Positions 42,668 through 50,699 of a DNA stretch of 64,000 bases are shown here, piece by piece. Under the pieces are notes generated by a model. That model saw nothing but the letters and a program-made list of their open reading frames with translations, had not been told where the DNA came from and searched no databases. Position 1 is the stretch's first letter. Every line of letters begins with the position of its first letter. A program made the translations under genes and the position numbers. The stretch comes from Minisyncoccota bacterium. Its GTDB lineage: Bacteria > Patescibacteriota > Minisyncoccia > Moranbacterales > UBA2206. Location: positions 74,034 to 138,033 of the forward strand of contig JARLIA010000005.1 of assembly GCA_031291955.1 (NCBI GenBank), in the 5' to 3' direction.

Positions 42668-44311
42668 ATGCGAAATCCGAATATGAAGAAAAAAAATAAC
42701 ACAATAAAAAACGTTCCACGTTTTACGCTACGCGTTTCGCGACGCGAAGGATCGGCTTTGGCATACGCTTTAATTATTATGTTGGCTGTGATGATTATTC
42801 TGACGTCCCTTATCAGTTATATCGTGAGCCAAATGAACTACAGTTCCAACCAGGCGGAGAGGCAGGAAGCTTTCGAAGTGGCGGAAGCGGGCGTCTCTTG
42901 GTATAACTGGTATCTGGCCCACCAAACCGACGGCAAAACGGCCCAGCAGATCAATAACTTTTGGCAGGGAACAAGTCCCAGTCCTTTAGGCATTGGTTCT
43001 CTCTATCAGCAAACCTTTACCGCTCCGGACGGACAGACGCTGGGAAGTTACAGTCTGGATGTTCAGCGCCCCGTTCTTGGCTCGACGATCGTGATAGTTA
43101 AATCGACCGGTTGGACCAATCGGGCGCCGAATGAAAAGCGGACGATCCAAGTTCGGTTTCGTCGTCCTTCCTGGAGTGAATATGCTGTTCTGGCTAACGA
43201 TGTGATGAGGTTCGGACAAGGAACGGTGATCAATGGAAAGATCCAATCCAATTATGGTATTCGTATGGATGGAACGGCTAATAACGTCGTCTCCAGTTCA
43301 GTGGCTTCCTATGACGATCCCGACCACAGCGGCAAAGTGGAGTATGGGGTGCATACGCATCTCATTCCGCCGGCAGATACAAGCCTGGCCGATCCTTATC
43401 TTAATAACGAAGCCCCGGCCAACAACGGTCTCATCCCGCCGGATCGGCCGGATGTTTTCAAGGCCGGCCGTAAATTTCCAGTGCCGACAGTGAGCTTTAC
43501 CGGCGTAACTTCCGATTTGGCTTATATGAAAACTCAAGCGCAATCCGGTAGCGGGAAATATTTTGACAATACCGGCAAAGGGCGTCAAATAATCTTGAAT
43601 TCGAACGGTACCTATACGGTTTATACTGTCAATTCTTATGACGCGCCGCCCTCTCCCTTGCCTTCTTCAACTTCCAACACCAATTCCATCACTGGTTACG
43701 CGGGTACCAAAAATTCCAACGGAACCGGCTCGGCTTGCACGGCGTTAGTAACAATGAACGGGCCAAACACGCAATGCAAAAACAAAACAACCGGCTCTAC
43801 TTGCTATTGTTCTTCAGCGACTTATACTATTCCCAATAATGGCATTATTTTCGTAGAGGACAATATTTGGCTGGAGGGCACAATCAATAAAGAAAAGGTG
43901 ACGATTGTGGCCGCCAATATGGGCAGCGGAACGCAGGCCAATATTTTTGTCGGCAACAACAATATTCTTTATACCAATTTTGACGGGCAAGATATTCTGG
44001 GCGTGATTGCTCAAGATGACGTGGAAGTGATCAAAAACAGTCAGACCACTCTGACTTTGGACGGTGCCTTCATCGCTCAGAACGGCCGGGTGGGGCGCGA
44101 TAACTACGGCACTTCTGACTATAAAAATTCCATCACTGTCAATGGCTCCATCGCGACCAATCAGCGTTATGGTTTTTCTTGGACAGATGGATTTAATAGC
44201 TGGGGATATGACGATCGCATCCTGAACTTCGACAACAATTTGATCTATTATCCGCCGCCCTATTTTCCGACCGGTACCGAGTATTCCATAGATCTATGGA
44301 AAGAGCTGTGA
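42668..44311 (+). CDS. PilX-like N-terminal-domain pilus protein (547 aa)
   Basis: REGSALAYALIIMLAVMIILTSL matches the PilX_N pattern. The start may instead be the ATG at 42683. Confidence 0.7.
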   Translation: MRNPNMKKKNNTIKNVPRFTLRVSRREGSALAYALIIMLAVMIILTSLISYIVSQMNYSSNQAERQEAFEVAEAGVSWYNWYLAHQTDGKTAQQINNFWQGTSPSPLGIGSLYQQTFTAPDGQTLGSYSLDVQRPVLGSTIVIVKSTGWTNRAPNEKRTIQVRFRRPSWSEYAVLANDVMRFGQGTVINGKIQSNYGIRMDGTANNVVSSSVASYDDPDHSGKVEYGVHTHLIPPADTSLADPYLNNEAPANNGLIPPDRPDVFKAGRKFPVPTVSFTGVTSDLAYMKTQAQSGSGKYFDNTGKGRQIILNSNGTYTVYTVNSYDAPPSPLPSSTSNTNSITGYAGTKNSNGTGSACTALVTMNGPNTQCKNKTTGSTCYCSSATYTIPNNGIIFVEDNIWLEGTINKEKVTIVAANMGSGTQANIFVGNNNILYTNFDGQDILGVIAQDDVEVIKNSQTTLTLDGAFIAQNGRVGRDNYGTSDYKNSITVNGSIATNQRYGFSWTDGFNSWGYDDRILNFDNNLIYYPPPYFPTGTEYSIDLWKEL

Positions 44312-44313
44312 GT

Positions 44314-44409
44314 CATATTAGCATGTTAACATTTAAACATGTTAACAAGAAATTTTTTCAATAAAAATGTTAATATGCTAAAATAATAATGTGCTAAAAT
44401 GTTAAAATG
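44314..44409. repeat. TTAACAT-word repeat block, copy b
   Basis: Shares TTAACATTTAAACAT with 31367-31381. Shares AATGTTAATATGCT (44366-44379) with 47920-47933. Confidence 0.75.
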
Positions 44410-44414
44410 ATCCC

Positions 44415-45482
44415 ATGGCTTTTTGGAATAGAAAAATAATTAATTTGGAAGACGAGTATGTCGGAATCGAGCTGGGTGATTCTTCGGTAAAGATTTTCGA
44501 ATTGGAAAAAAATGGCAATCTGGATCGGATCAGAAGTTTCAGTTCAAAAATCATTCCTGCTGGCTGCGTCAAGGATGGAAAGATTTTGGAAAAAGAAAAG
44601 GTGGCCCGGATCATAAAGGAGGCTTTCGAACAGTCGGGGCCGAAGAAAATAAAAACTAAGAAAGTGGTCTGCTCAGTACCGGAATCAAAAGTTTTTTTGC
44701 GCATCATCAGCATTCCAAAAGTCAGCGAAGAAGAAGCTGCTGAGGCGGTCAAGTGGGAAATCGAGTCCAGTATTCCCTTGGCAGTCGACCAGGTCTATTA
44801 CGACTGGCAGTTTTTGGGAATTGCCGGCGGGAAACAGAATGTCTTGACAGTGGCGGTTGTGAAAGACGTGGCAGACCAACGGCTTGAAGTGCTCAAGCTG
44901 GCCGGATTGTCGGTTTATGGGCTGGAAATGGAGTCAATAGCTGAGACGAGAAGCCTGATACCGAGAAATGCGTCTCCCGAACAAATATTTCTGATTGTCG
45001 ACATTGGAGAAGAAAAGACCAGTTTTATAATCAGCGAAGGATCTGTCCCATATTTTACTTCGAGTATCCCATTTTCTTCGGCCGGGCTGACCGATGTCAT
45101 ATCCAAAGCCACTAGTTCCAGCATGGAAGACGCGGAAAAAATTAAGGCTACTCAAGGAATCGAACATTCTTTCGAAAACAATTCCATTTTTAAGTCAGTC
45201 CAGCCACTTCTGGAAAACCTGTCGGTGGAAATAGAAAAGACTATTGATTTTTATCAAAATATTTCCCAACAGCCGGGTGAAATAGGGCGGATAATTATTT
45301 CTGGAGGCGGTGCCGGCCTGAAAGGATTGTTGCCCTATCTTACTACTCGATTGGAAAAGGAAGTGGTTTTGGGCGATCCTTGGATAAATCTGAATCTGGG
45401 AAAAAACCTGCCGCCCATTAGTAAAGAGGATTCGTTGCGCTTCGCGACTGTCATCGGGCTGGCCATGCGCCGTCCGGACTAA
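44415..45482 (+). CDS. pilM: type IV pilus assembly protein PilM (actin-like ATPase)
   Basis: GIELGDSSVKIFEL N-terminus and ISGGGAGLKGL near the C-terminus. Confidence 0.88.
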   Translation: MAFWNRKIINLEDEYVGIELGDSSVKIFELEKNGNLDRIRSFSSKIIPAGCVKDGKILEKEKVARIIKEAFEQSGPKKIKTKKVVCSVPESKVFLRIISIPKVSEEEAAEAVKWEIESSIPLAVDQVYYDWQFLGIAGGKQNVLTVAVVKDVADQRLEVLKLAGLSVYGLEMESIAETRSLIPRNASPEQIFLIVDIGEEKTSFIISEGSVPYFTSSIPFSSAGLTDVISKATSSSMEDAEKIKATQGIEHSFENNSIFKSVQPLLENLSVEIEKTIDFYQNISQQPGEIGRIIISGGGAGLKGLLPYLTTRLEKEVVLGDPWINLNLGKNLPPISKEDSLRFATVIGLAMRRPD

Positions 45483-45522
45483 GGTATTGTTACAAATTTT
45501 GATTTTTTTAATTTAAATCCCC

Positions 45523-46077
45523 ATGGATATTCGTTTAAATCTTATCCCACCCAGAGAAAAGGAGGGTATTCTTAAAAAGAAACGGTTGAAGATGGTTATC
45601 CGCCTCGAAATTTCCGCGTCGGTCTTTTTGGTGATGTTTTTCGGCGTGCTGGTAAGTTTCAGATATATTTTGAATACGGGCTTGGCGGCTGATCAGCGCG
45701 CCCAGCAACAAAGTGAAGAAAGTTCCCAATATGGCCAGATCAAGCAGTATGACCAACAGTTCACCAAGATCAACGCGCAAGTTTCCCAGCTGACGGGAAT
45801 TGACCGGGAGCAGCTCTATTGGTCAAGGCTTTTAGACAAATTGGATAATCTTGTTTTTCCCGGCATCACACTTTCCTCGCTCACGACCAATGACTATGTC
45901 GTCAGCATGGGCGGCGTGGCCGATAACCGGGATGACCTGGTGCTTCTCAAGGAAAAACTGGGAAGTGAAAAATGTTTTTCAAATGTTGATCTGCCGCTTT
46001 CAGACCTGGTGGATCGGAACAATGTGTCGTTTCAGATCAATTTCGATATTCAACCAAGCTGTTTGGAAAACAAATAA
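45523..46077 (+). CDS. pilN: PilN-like fimbrial assembly protein
   Basis: INLIP N-terminus, a single TM helix and position after pilM. Confidence 0.75.
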   Translation: MDIRLNLIPPREKEGILKKKRLKMVIRLEISASVFLVMFFGVLVSFRYILNTGLAADQRAQQQSEESSQYGQIKQYDQQFTKINAQVSQLTGIDREQLYWSRLLDKLDNLVFPGITLSSLTTNDYVVSMGGVADNRDDLVLLKEKLGSEKCFSNVDLPLSDLVDRNNVSFQINFDIQPSCLENK

Positions 46078-46085
46078 TTCAAAAG

Positions 46086-46096
46086 AGTTATCCCAG
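46086..46096 (+). promoter_or_regulatory. degenerate copy of the 12-mer (AGTTATCC-CAG)
   Basis: 8 nt after the pilN stop. One base is missing relative to AGTTATCCACAG. Confidence 0.3.
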
Positions 46097-46127
46097 GGCA
46101 AGTCCTTGGAATGAGCTTTTAAAAAAA

Positions 46128-46811
46128 GTGAAAAATATTTGGACAAATCATAGAATATCGGTCATTGTTCTAGGTTATGCTGTCGCGGTCGCGGTTGTCA
46201 GCTATTTTGTTTTTTGGCCGCTGGTGGCGGACATTCGGAACACTGCGGACGCGATTCAGGAAAATCTGCTTGATCAGCAGATCGACAAAACGCGCCTTCA
46301 AAATCTAGCTGGAATGCAAAAAGACGGAGTGGACTATCAAGCTGAAAAAAATTCTTTGAATGTTATTTTGGATCCGGGCAGTGAGGTGGGTTTTATTGAA
46401 GGCGTGGAAGCGATCGCTTCCAACACTAAAAATGCCATCAATCTTCAAATCGGTGATCATTCCGATCCAGCTCAAATCGCCAAAATGGGGAAAGTCAATG
46501 CCGCTGCCAGTAAGTCGAAAGCTCCCCAGGGTATCTTGGACAGTCTAACCCACAATAACTATTATCCGGTCCAAATAAATCTGACTGGCGATTATTCGGG
46601 TCTGGTTAATTTCATCCACGCTTTGGAAAATATGCAGTTTTATGTCAACATTGTTTCGATCAGTGTTAATAAAAATCAGGTTCCGGCCGATTCTTCCGGG
46701 AGCGTGTCGGGCAATATTTTCTCCAGCCAGCCAAATGCCGGAAATAGCAATGCCGATCAAAAAGAAGTTTTAAATACAATTATAAACGCGGTAGTTTACA
46801 CGCAAAAATAA
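46128..46811 (+). CDS. pilO: PilO-like pilus assembly protein
   Basis: GTG start, a single TM helix then a coiled coil. Synteny after pilM and pilN. Confidence 0.6.
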   Translation: MKNIWTNHRISVIVLGYAVAVAVVSYFVFWPLVADIRNTADAIQENLLDQQIDKTRLQNLAGMQKDGVDYQAEKNSLNVILDPGSEVGFIEGVEAIASNTKNAINLQIGDHSDPAQIAKMGKVNAAASKSKAPQGILDSLTHNNYYPVQINLTGDYSGLVNFIHALENMQFYVNIVSISVNKNQVPADSSGSVSGNIFSSQPNAGNSNADQKEVLNTIINAVVYTQK

Positions 46812-47296
46812 TGGACCTCAATATAAACGGCGAAAATTTAAAAAATTTTTTCAAGTGGAGCAACGTCCGGGAAGGTTTTTTCGACTTTTTGGGACGCTGG
46901 GCTAAGTTGCTCTTACTTCTTCTGGCTGTTGCAGGCACGGCCTATTGTGTTTATCTTTGGTATATTTTTATTTATAATCCCGGTTGGAGCGATGTCCAAA
47001 AGCAGCACTATATCCAGACGAAAGGCCAGGGAGTTGTTTTTGACCAAGCCAAATTCAACGCTCTGGTGACGGTTGCCAAGAACCGGGACGTCGCCGAAAA
47101 ACAAGCGCTGACTAACGTGCTGGACATCTTTCGCCTGAAGTCGCTGATTGTGCCGCCCGGCGCGTCTGATTCCAGCACTACTCCCGCCGCCAATCCGCCC
47201 GCCAATTCCGCCACCACGTCCGACTCCAGCGCTGCTCCAGTCGCCAAGTCGCCAGCTTCCAGCCCGCCAGTCGTGGCGAGTCCTTCCGGAAACTAA
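46811..47296 (+). CDS. hypothetical membrane protein with Pro/Ala/Ser-rich tail (last gene of the pilus operon)
   Basis: TAATG overlap with pilO and one TM helix. Confidence 0.6.
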   Translation: MDLNINGENLKNFFKWSNVREGFFDFLGRWAKLLLLLLAVAGTAYCVYLWYIFIYNPGWSDVQKQHYIQTKGQGVVFDQAKFNALVTVAKNRDVAEKQALTNVLDIFRLKSLIVPPGASDSSTTPAANPPANSATTSDSSAAPVAKSPASSPPVVASPSGN

Positions 47297-47326
47297 AAAA
47301 CAATCCCGCCATGGAATTGTTTTTTT
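47295..47326. terminator. bidirectional terminator between the pilus operon and the tRNA block
   Basis: AAAAAACAATCC...GGAATTGTTTTTT hairpin with one bulge. Confidence 0.65.
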
Positions 47327-47386
47327 GTCGCGTGCGCCCTGAGGGATTCGAACCCCCGACCCCTTGGTCCCCCGCCTGCCACGCCG

Positions 47387-47569
47387 TGCCCTCGTCAGGA
47401 CTCGAACCTGAAACGCTTGTTCCGAAGACAAGTGTGATATCCCCGCCTGCCTACGCCTGTGCCCCCTAAAGGAATCGAACCTTTAACCTTCTGGTCCGAA
47501 GCCAGACGCTCTATCCATTGAGCTAAAGGGGCGCAGGCATAGGCGGGCACGGCGTTTCACCACGAGGGC
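47387..47569 (-). tRNA. middle tRNA-like gene (anticodon loop CUUCGGA) interrupted in the D loop by about 110 nt
   Basis: Acceptor GCCCTCG/CGAGGGC, D stem GTGA/TCAC, anticodon arm CTTGT-CTTCGGA-ACAAG, T arm TCAGG-TTCGAGT-CCTGA, discriminator A. Confidence 0.5.
47460..47532 (-). tRNA. tRNA-Arg (anticodon UCG), intact
   Basis: GCCCCTT-TA-GCTC-AATGGATA-GAGC-G-TCTGG-CTTCGGA-CCAGA-AGGTT-AAAGG-TTCGATT-CCTTT-AGGGGGC-A. 73 nt. Confidence 0.9.
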
Positions 47570-47664
47570 GTGTACGGCGGGCAGGGAAGCCAAGTACTCT
47601 ATCCACTGAGCTAAGGGCGCATAAATACATTCTGGCATTTCTTGGTAATTCCGTCCAGCGCGGA

Positions 47665-47682
47665 TACGTAATTAATTACGTA
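47665..47682. promoter_or_regulatory. perfect 18-bp palindrome TACGTAATTAATTACGTA upstream of the nested tRNA locus
   Basis: Direct reading. 45 nt upstream (minus-strand sense) of the outer tRNA 5' end. Confidence 0.5.
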
Positions 47683-47702
47683 CGCAGTTGATAAGACTAA
47701 TA

Positions 47703-47728
47703 AAAATGACCGGCAGTCCGGTCATTTT
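47703..47728 (-). terminator. terminator after tRNA-His
   Basis: AAAATGACCGG-CAGT-CCGGTCATTTT perfect 11-bp stem. Confidence 0.7.
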
Positions 47729-47741
47729 ATCATGCTCTATG

Positions 47742-47813
47742 GGCGGTCACTGGGAGTTGAACCCAGCTTCTCGGTACCACAAACCGATGTCTTACCGATA
47801 GACGATGACCGCC
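47742..47813 (-). tRNA. tRNA-His (anticodon GUG) with encoded G-1
   Basis: G-GCGGTCA-TC-GTCT-ATCGGTA-AGAC-A-TCGGT-TTGTGGT-ACCGA-GAAG-CTGGG-TTCAACT-CCCAG-TGACCGC-C. Confidence 0.9.
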
Positions 47814-47819
47814 ATATTG

Positions 47820-47892
47820 TGCGCCCACCAGGGCTCGAACCTGGGACCGTTTGCTTAAGAGGCAACTGCTCTACCAACTGAGCTATGGGCGC
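47820..47892 (-). tRNA. tRNA-Lys (anticodon CUU)
   Basis: GCGCCCA-TA-GCTC-AGTTGGTA-GAGC-A-GTTGC-CTCTTAA-GCAAA-CGGTC-CCAGG-TTCGAGC-CCTGG-TGGGCGC-A. Confidence 0.9.
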
Positions 47893-47937
47893 GAAAAATA
47901 AAACATTTTAATATGTTCGAATGTTAATATGCTTTTG

Positions 47938-48010
47938 TGCGCCGAGCAGGAATCGGACCTGCGACCAAAAGGTTAGAAACCTTCTGCTCTATCCACTGAG
48001 CTACCGGCGC
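47938..48010 (-). tRNA. tRNA-Arg (anticodon UCU), T loop reads TCCGATT
   Basis: GCGCCGG-TA-GCTC-AGTGGATA-GAGC-A-GAAGG-TTTCTAA-CCTTT-TGGTC-GCAGG-TCCGATT-CCTGC-TCGGCGC-A. Confidence 0.88.
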
Positions 48011-48082
48011 GGGATTCCCGACACACTCAAAATACTAGCGCATTTTAAGCCATTAGTCAACATCGGGACGTTTTCACAATTA

Positions 48083-49393
48083 TTACAAACCGTGCGCTTT
48101 TTTGTAAGCGTTCCACTGTTTGACTGACCAGGCGACCGGTTTTTCAGTTATGATGGTTGGTTGTTGGCCGGGATGGGGATAAAGGGAGGGCGATTTGTAA
48201 TTGCTTTTGAAATCATCCTGGAACATCAGCGCTCCGGTCTTGTCATAGACTTCCTGGGTCCAGACGGTCTTCATGGAGCCATCCGGGTTGCGCTCCAGGA
48301 TGGTTGGCCCGACGGTTTTAACTGTCCGTCCGTCATTGGTCCCATAAAAATCGAAAATCAATTGGGTGCCGACGACCCTTGTTTGGATAAGAATATAACC
48401 GGGTGTGTTGTTGACAAATTTAAGATCCGGAGCGGGGATATAGACAGTGGCGTCGGTACCTTGAGGACTATAATATCCGACTGGATAAGCGTGGTTTTCG
48501 CGCGCGGTTATTTTGAGGCCGGTATTGACGGCTGCTCGGAAAGCGGTAGTGGAAACTTGGCACATGCCGCCGCCGTATTCGGGGATGGTGGCGTTGCCGA
48601 CGATGGAAAGTTCCGGCAGATAGCCGTGCTCGGCGTCCACTGGCCCCAAGGTATTCAAGAAAGAAAATTCTTCATTCGGCTTTATCAATGTTCCGTTGAA
48701 TTTGGCGGCCCCGGTTTCAAGATTGATCACCCTGTTATGCGGAGAGCCGACGAAGTTGGATACGCCTTCACCGATGAGGCTGGTAACGCCCATTTTGCCG
48801 GCTAGGTCGGCAGTGACGGTCGGTTGGGTGGTTATAAAGGGCAAAGTCAGGGCGGTGGCCGGATGGTCTTCTTGCAAATAATTTTCGAGAATGGCGACAG
48901 TTTTGGTTTGGTCAATGGCGATACCGGAACTGCTCAAGGAAAAGGCGGTTATTTTTCCGTCAGTCACCTCGAAGGTGGCGTTCTGGGCGGCCTTGTCGGT
49001 TTCTTTGGTTAAAGTATTTTTCACATAATCAGTCAGTTTGTTTTTATCAAGACTTAACGTTGTAATTTTTTGGATGTGACTTTGGTTCGCGTAGGAAAAA
49101 GTCAGTTGACAGATGGCGCTATTTTCATATGGGCAATAGGCGGTGTCAGCCATCTCGCTTGAATATTCCGGATTATATTTAAGTTCAGTCTTTTCGTTGA
49201 GCCAACCCAGAATAGCGGCTTTGTTTGTGGCGTACGGCGTTTTGTTGACACTCAAGGTGATTTTGTCCGGCAGTTTGGCGGCAAAAGTTTCCTCGTCCAT
49301 TTTGCCGAGAGTGATTTCCTGGGCGCGGCAAAATCCTGGTGAAAGGGCCAGGCAAACAAACAAAACAGCCAAAGTGTGCTTCGCTAATTTCAT
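48083..49393 (-). CDS. VanW-family secreted protein
   Basis: YGGGMCQVSTTAFRAAVNTGLKITARENH is the VanW core. Signal peptide MKLAKHTLAVLFVCLALSPGFCRA, so the start is set to the ATG at 49393. Confidence 0.85.
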   Translation of the reverse strand: MKLAKHTLAVLFVCLALSPGFCRAQEITLGKMDEETFAAKLPDKITLSVNKTPYATNKAAILGWLNEKTELKYNPEYSSEMADTAYCPYENSAICQLTFSYANQSHIQKITTLSLDKNKLTDYVKNTLTKETDKAAQNATFEVTDGKITAFSLSSSGIAIDQTKTVAILENYLQEDHPATALTLPFITTQPTVTADLAGKMGVTSLIGEGVSNFVGSPHNRVINLETGAAKFNGTLIKPNEEFSFLNTLGPVDAEHGYLPELSIVGNATIPEYGGGMCQVSTTAFRAAVNTGLKITARENHAYPVGYYSPQGTDATVYIPAPDLKFVNNTPGYILIQTRVVGTQLIFDFYGTNDGRTVKTVGPTILERNPDGSMKTVWTQEVYDKTGALMFQDDFKSNYKSPSLYPHPGQQPTIITEKPVAWSVKQWNAYKKAHGL

Positions 49394-49479
49394 GCTTTCA
49401 ATATACCACAGAACGGGGAGTAAGAAAAACACGGAAGCGCTTCCGTGTTTTGCTTATATCTTTTGTGTTTTTTTGGATA

Positions 49480-50031
49480 TTAGAATCCGCGTACTTGGAT
49501 TTTCTTGGACCGGGTGTGATCGGCTTTAGGCATCCGAATGGTGAGAATTCCGTTTTTCATGGAGGCTTCAATCTTGTCGGCCAAAACGTCCACTGGAAGG
49601 ATCACCGAACGGGAAAAGCCGCCCCAATAACATTCCTGGTAATAATAATTCTCTTCAATCACTTCTTCGTCTTGGCGCCGTTCGCCGCGGATGGTGATCA
49701 TGTCGTTGGAAATGCTCACGTCCAAATCTTCCGGTTTCACGCCGGCAATGGTGGATTTGATGACGATGTCGTTGTCGGTTTGATAGACGTCAATGGTCAG
49801 CTGGCCCTCGCCGTCTTCCTGCGCCGGAGTGTTATAACTCATGCTTTCGCGCGGTCCGGTCTGGTGGTTGGTGGGAGTGATTATCATCTCTTCCTCGACG
49901 TCCTCGGTGTAGATGTTGGGGGATTGGTTAGACTGGTTGGGGGAGAAGCGCTGTTCTCTTTCAAACTCTTCTTCGTCCATTCGCCGGGCGCCGGTTAGTT
50001 TTTCGAAAAACGATTTTTTGACTTTGGTCAT
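49480..50031 (-). CDS. Hsp20 / alpha-crystallin small heat-shock protein
   Basis: ACD core: LTIDVYQTDNDIVIKSTIAGVKPEDLDVSI...GILTIRMPK. Confidence 0.88.
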   Translation of the reverse strand: MTKVKKSFFEKLTGARRMDEEEFEREQRFSPNQSNQSPNIYTEDVEEEMIITPTNHQTGPRESMSYNTPAQEDGEGQLTIDVYQTDNDIVIKSTIAGVKPEDLDVSISNDMITIRGERRQDEEVIEENYYYQECYWGGFSRSVILPVDVLADKIEASMKNGILTIRMPKADHTRSKKIQVRGF

Positions 50032-50121
50032 ACTTTTTACAAATTTTATTTTTATCCGGTCGGATAAAATTTCCGCCGGGAGAAATTATTAGTGGGCTGA
50101 TTTCATTATAGGGGAGAATGA

Positions 50122-50688
50122 TTATTTTGACAAGGATTTTGTTTTCAAATATCGCAAGCAGAGAAAAACGCCGAAGATAAGAAGGATTCCGTCAAGCAGC
50201 CAATAGTTGACGTTACCGATAATGGCCGCGTTAAAAAGGAAATGAATGACGATGCCGATGAGGAAAGCCGGCCAAGTCTTCGTTATCGATATTCCTCGGA
50301 GCATGAAAGTGTAGCCGTAAACCAGCGCCGTGACAGTGTGGACAAGAAGAAGGCCGGCGTAAACGCTTAGGAGGAATGATGAAAGATAAGGATAGAGGGC
50401 GGCGTTCTGGATTATTTCGGCCGCGGAAAAGCCTAGGCCGATGAGCATGGCTTGGGGGAAGATAAGATTTTTTTCTGACGCCTGGGCGGCCATTTTCCAG
50501 ACGAAGATGAATGCTAGAATCTCCTCAACCAAAACCAAGACAATCAGAGTGGAACTTAGCTGGGTCTCGAGCGCGGGGTTTATCATTGATGGAAAAATAA
50601 TACTCAAGAGAATCTCCAGAACCAAAGCTCCGGCGGCCGCAAGTATTCCCCAGAAGAAAAATTTGATGTTTGATTTCATAAGTTGCAT
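50122..50688 (-). CDS. polytopic membrane protein, PrsW/CPBP-like intramembrane protease candidate
   Basis: Six or seven TM helices with EE (VEEILAF) and HxxxN (HFLFN) motifs. Confidence 0.45.
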   Translation of the reverse strand: MQLMKSNIKFFFWGILAAAGALVLEILLSIIFPSMINPALETQLSSTLIVLVLVEEILAFIFVWKMAAQASEKNLIFPQAMLIGLGFSAAEIIQNAALYPYLSSFLLSVYAGLLLVHTVTALVYGYTFMLRGISITKTWPAFLIGIVIHFLFNAAIIGNVNYWLLDGILLIFGVFLCLRYLKTKSLSK

Positions 50689-50699
50689 TCCAATGCGGG

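Larger units (their letters stand above)
47333..47620 (-). tRNA. outer tRNA (Arg-like) interrupted in the anticodon loop by about 215 nt containing two further tRNAs
   Basis: 5' half GCGCCCTTAGCTCAGTGGATAGAGTACTTGGCTTC (47620 downward) and 3' half GGACCAAGGGGTCGGGGGTTCGAATCCCTCAGGGCGCA (ending 47333) join into a perfect 73-nt cloverleaf. Confidence 0.6.

Noticed and set aside
47333-47620. Reading the outer split gene as tRNA-Gly(UCC) with a canonical 37/38 intron.
   Set aside because: A 37/38 junction would give loop CUUCCCA with C37. The discriminator is A (Gly tRNAs normally have U73), and the D loop carries the Arg-type A20. A junction giving CUUCGGA (UCG, Arg) fits better. The exact exon boundary cannot be fixed from sequence alone.
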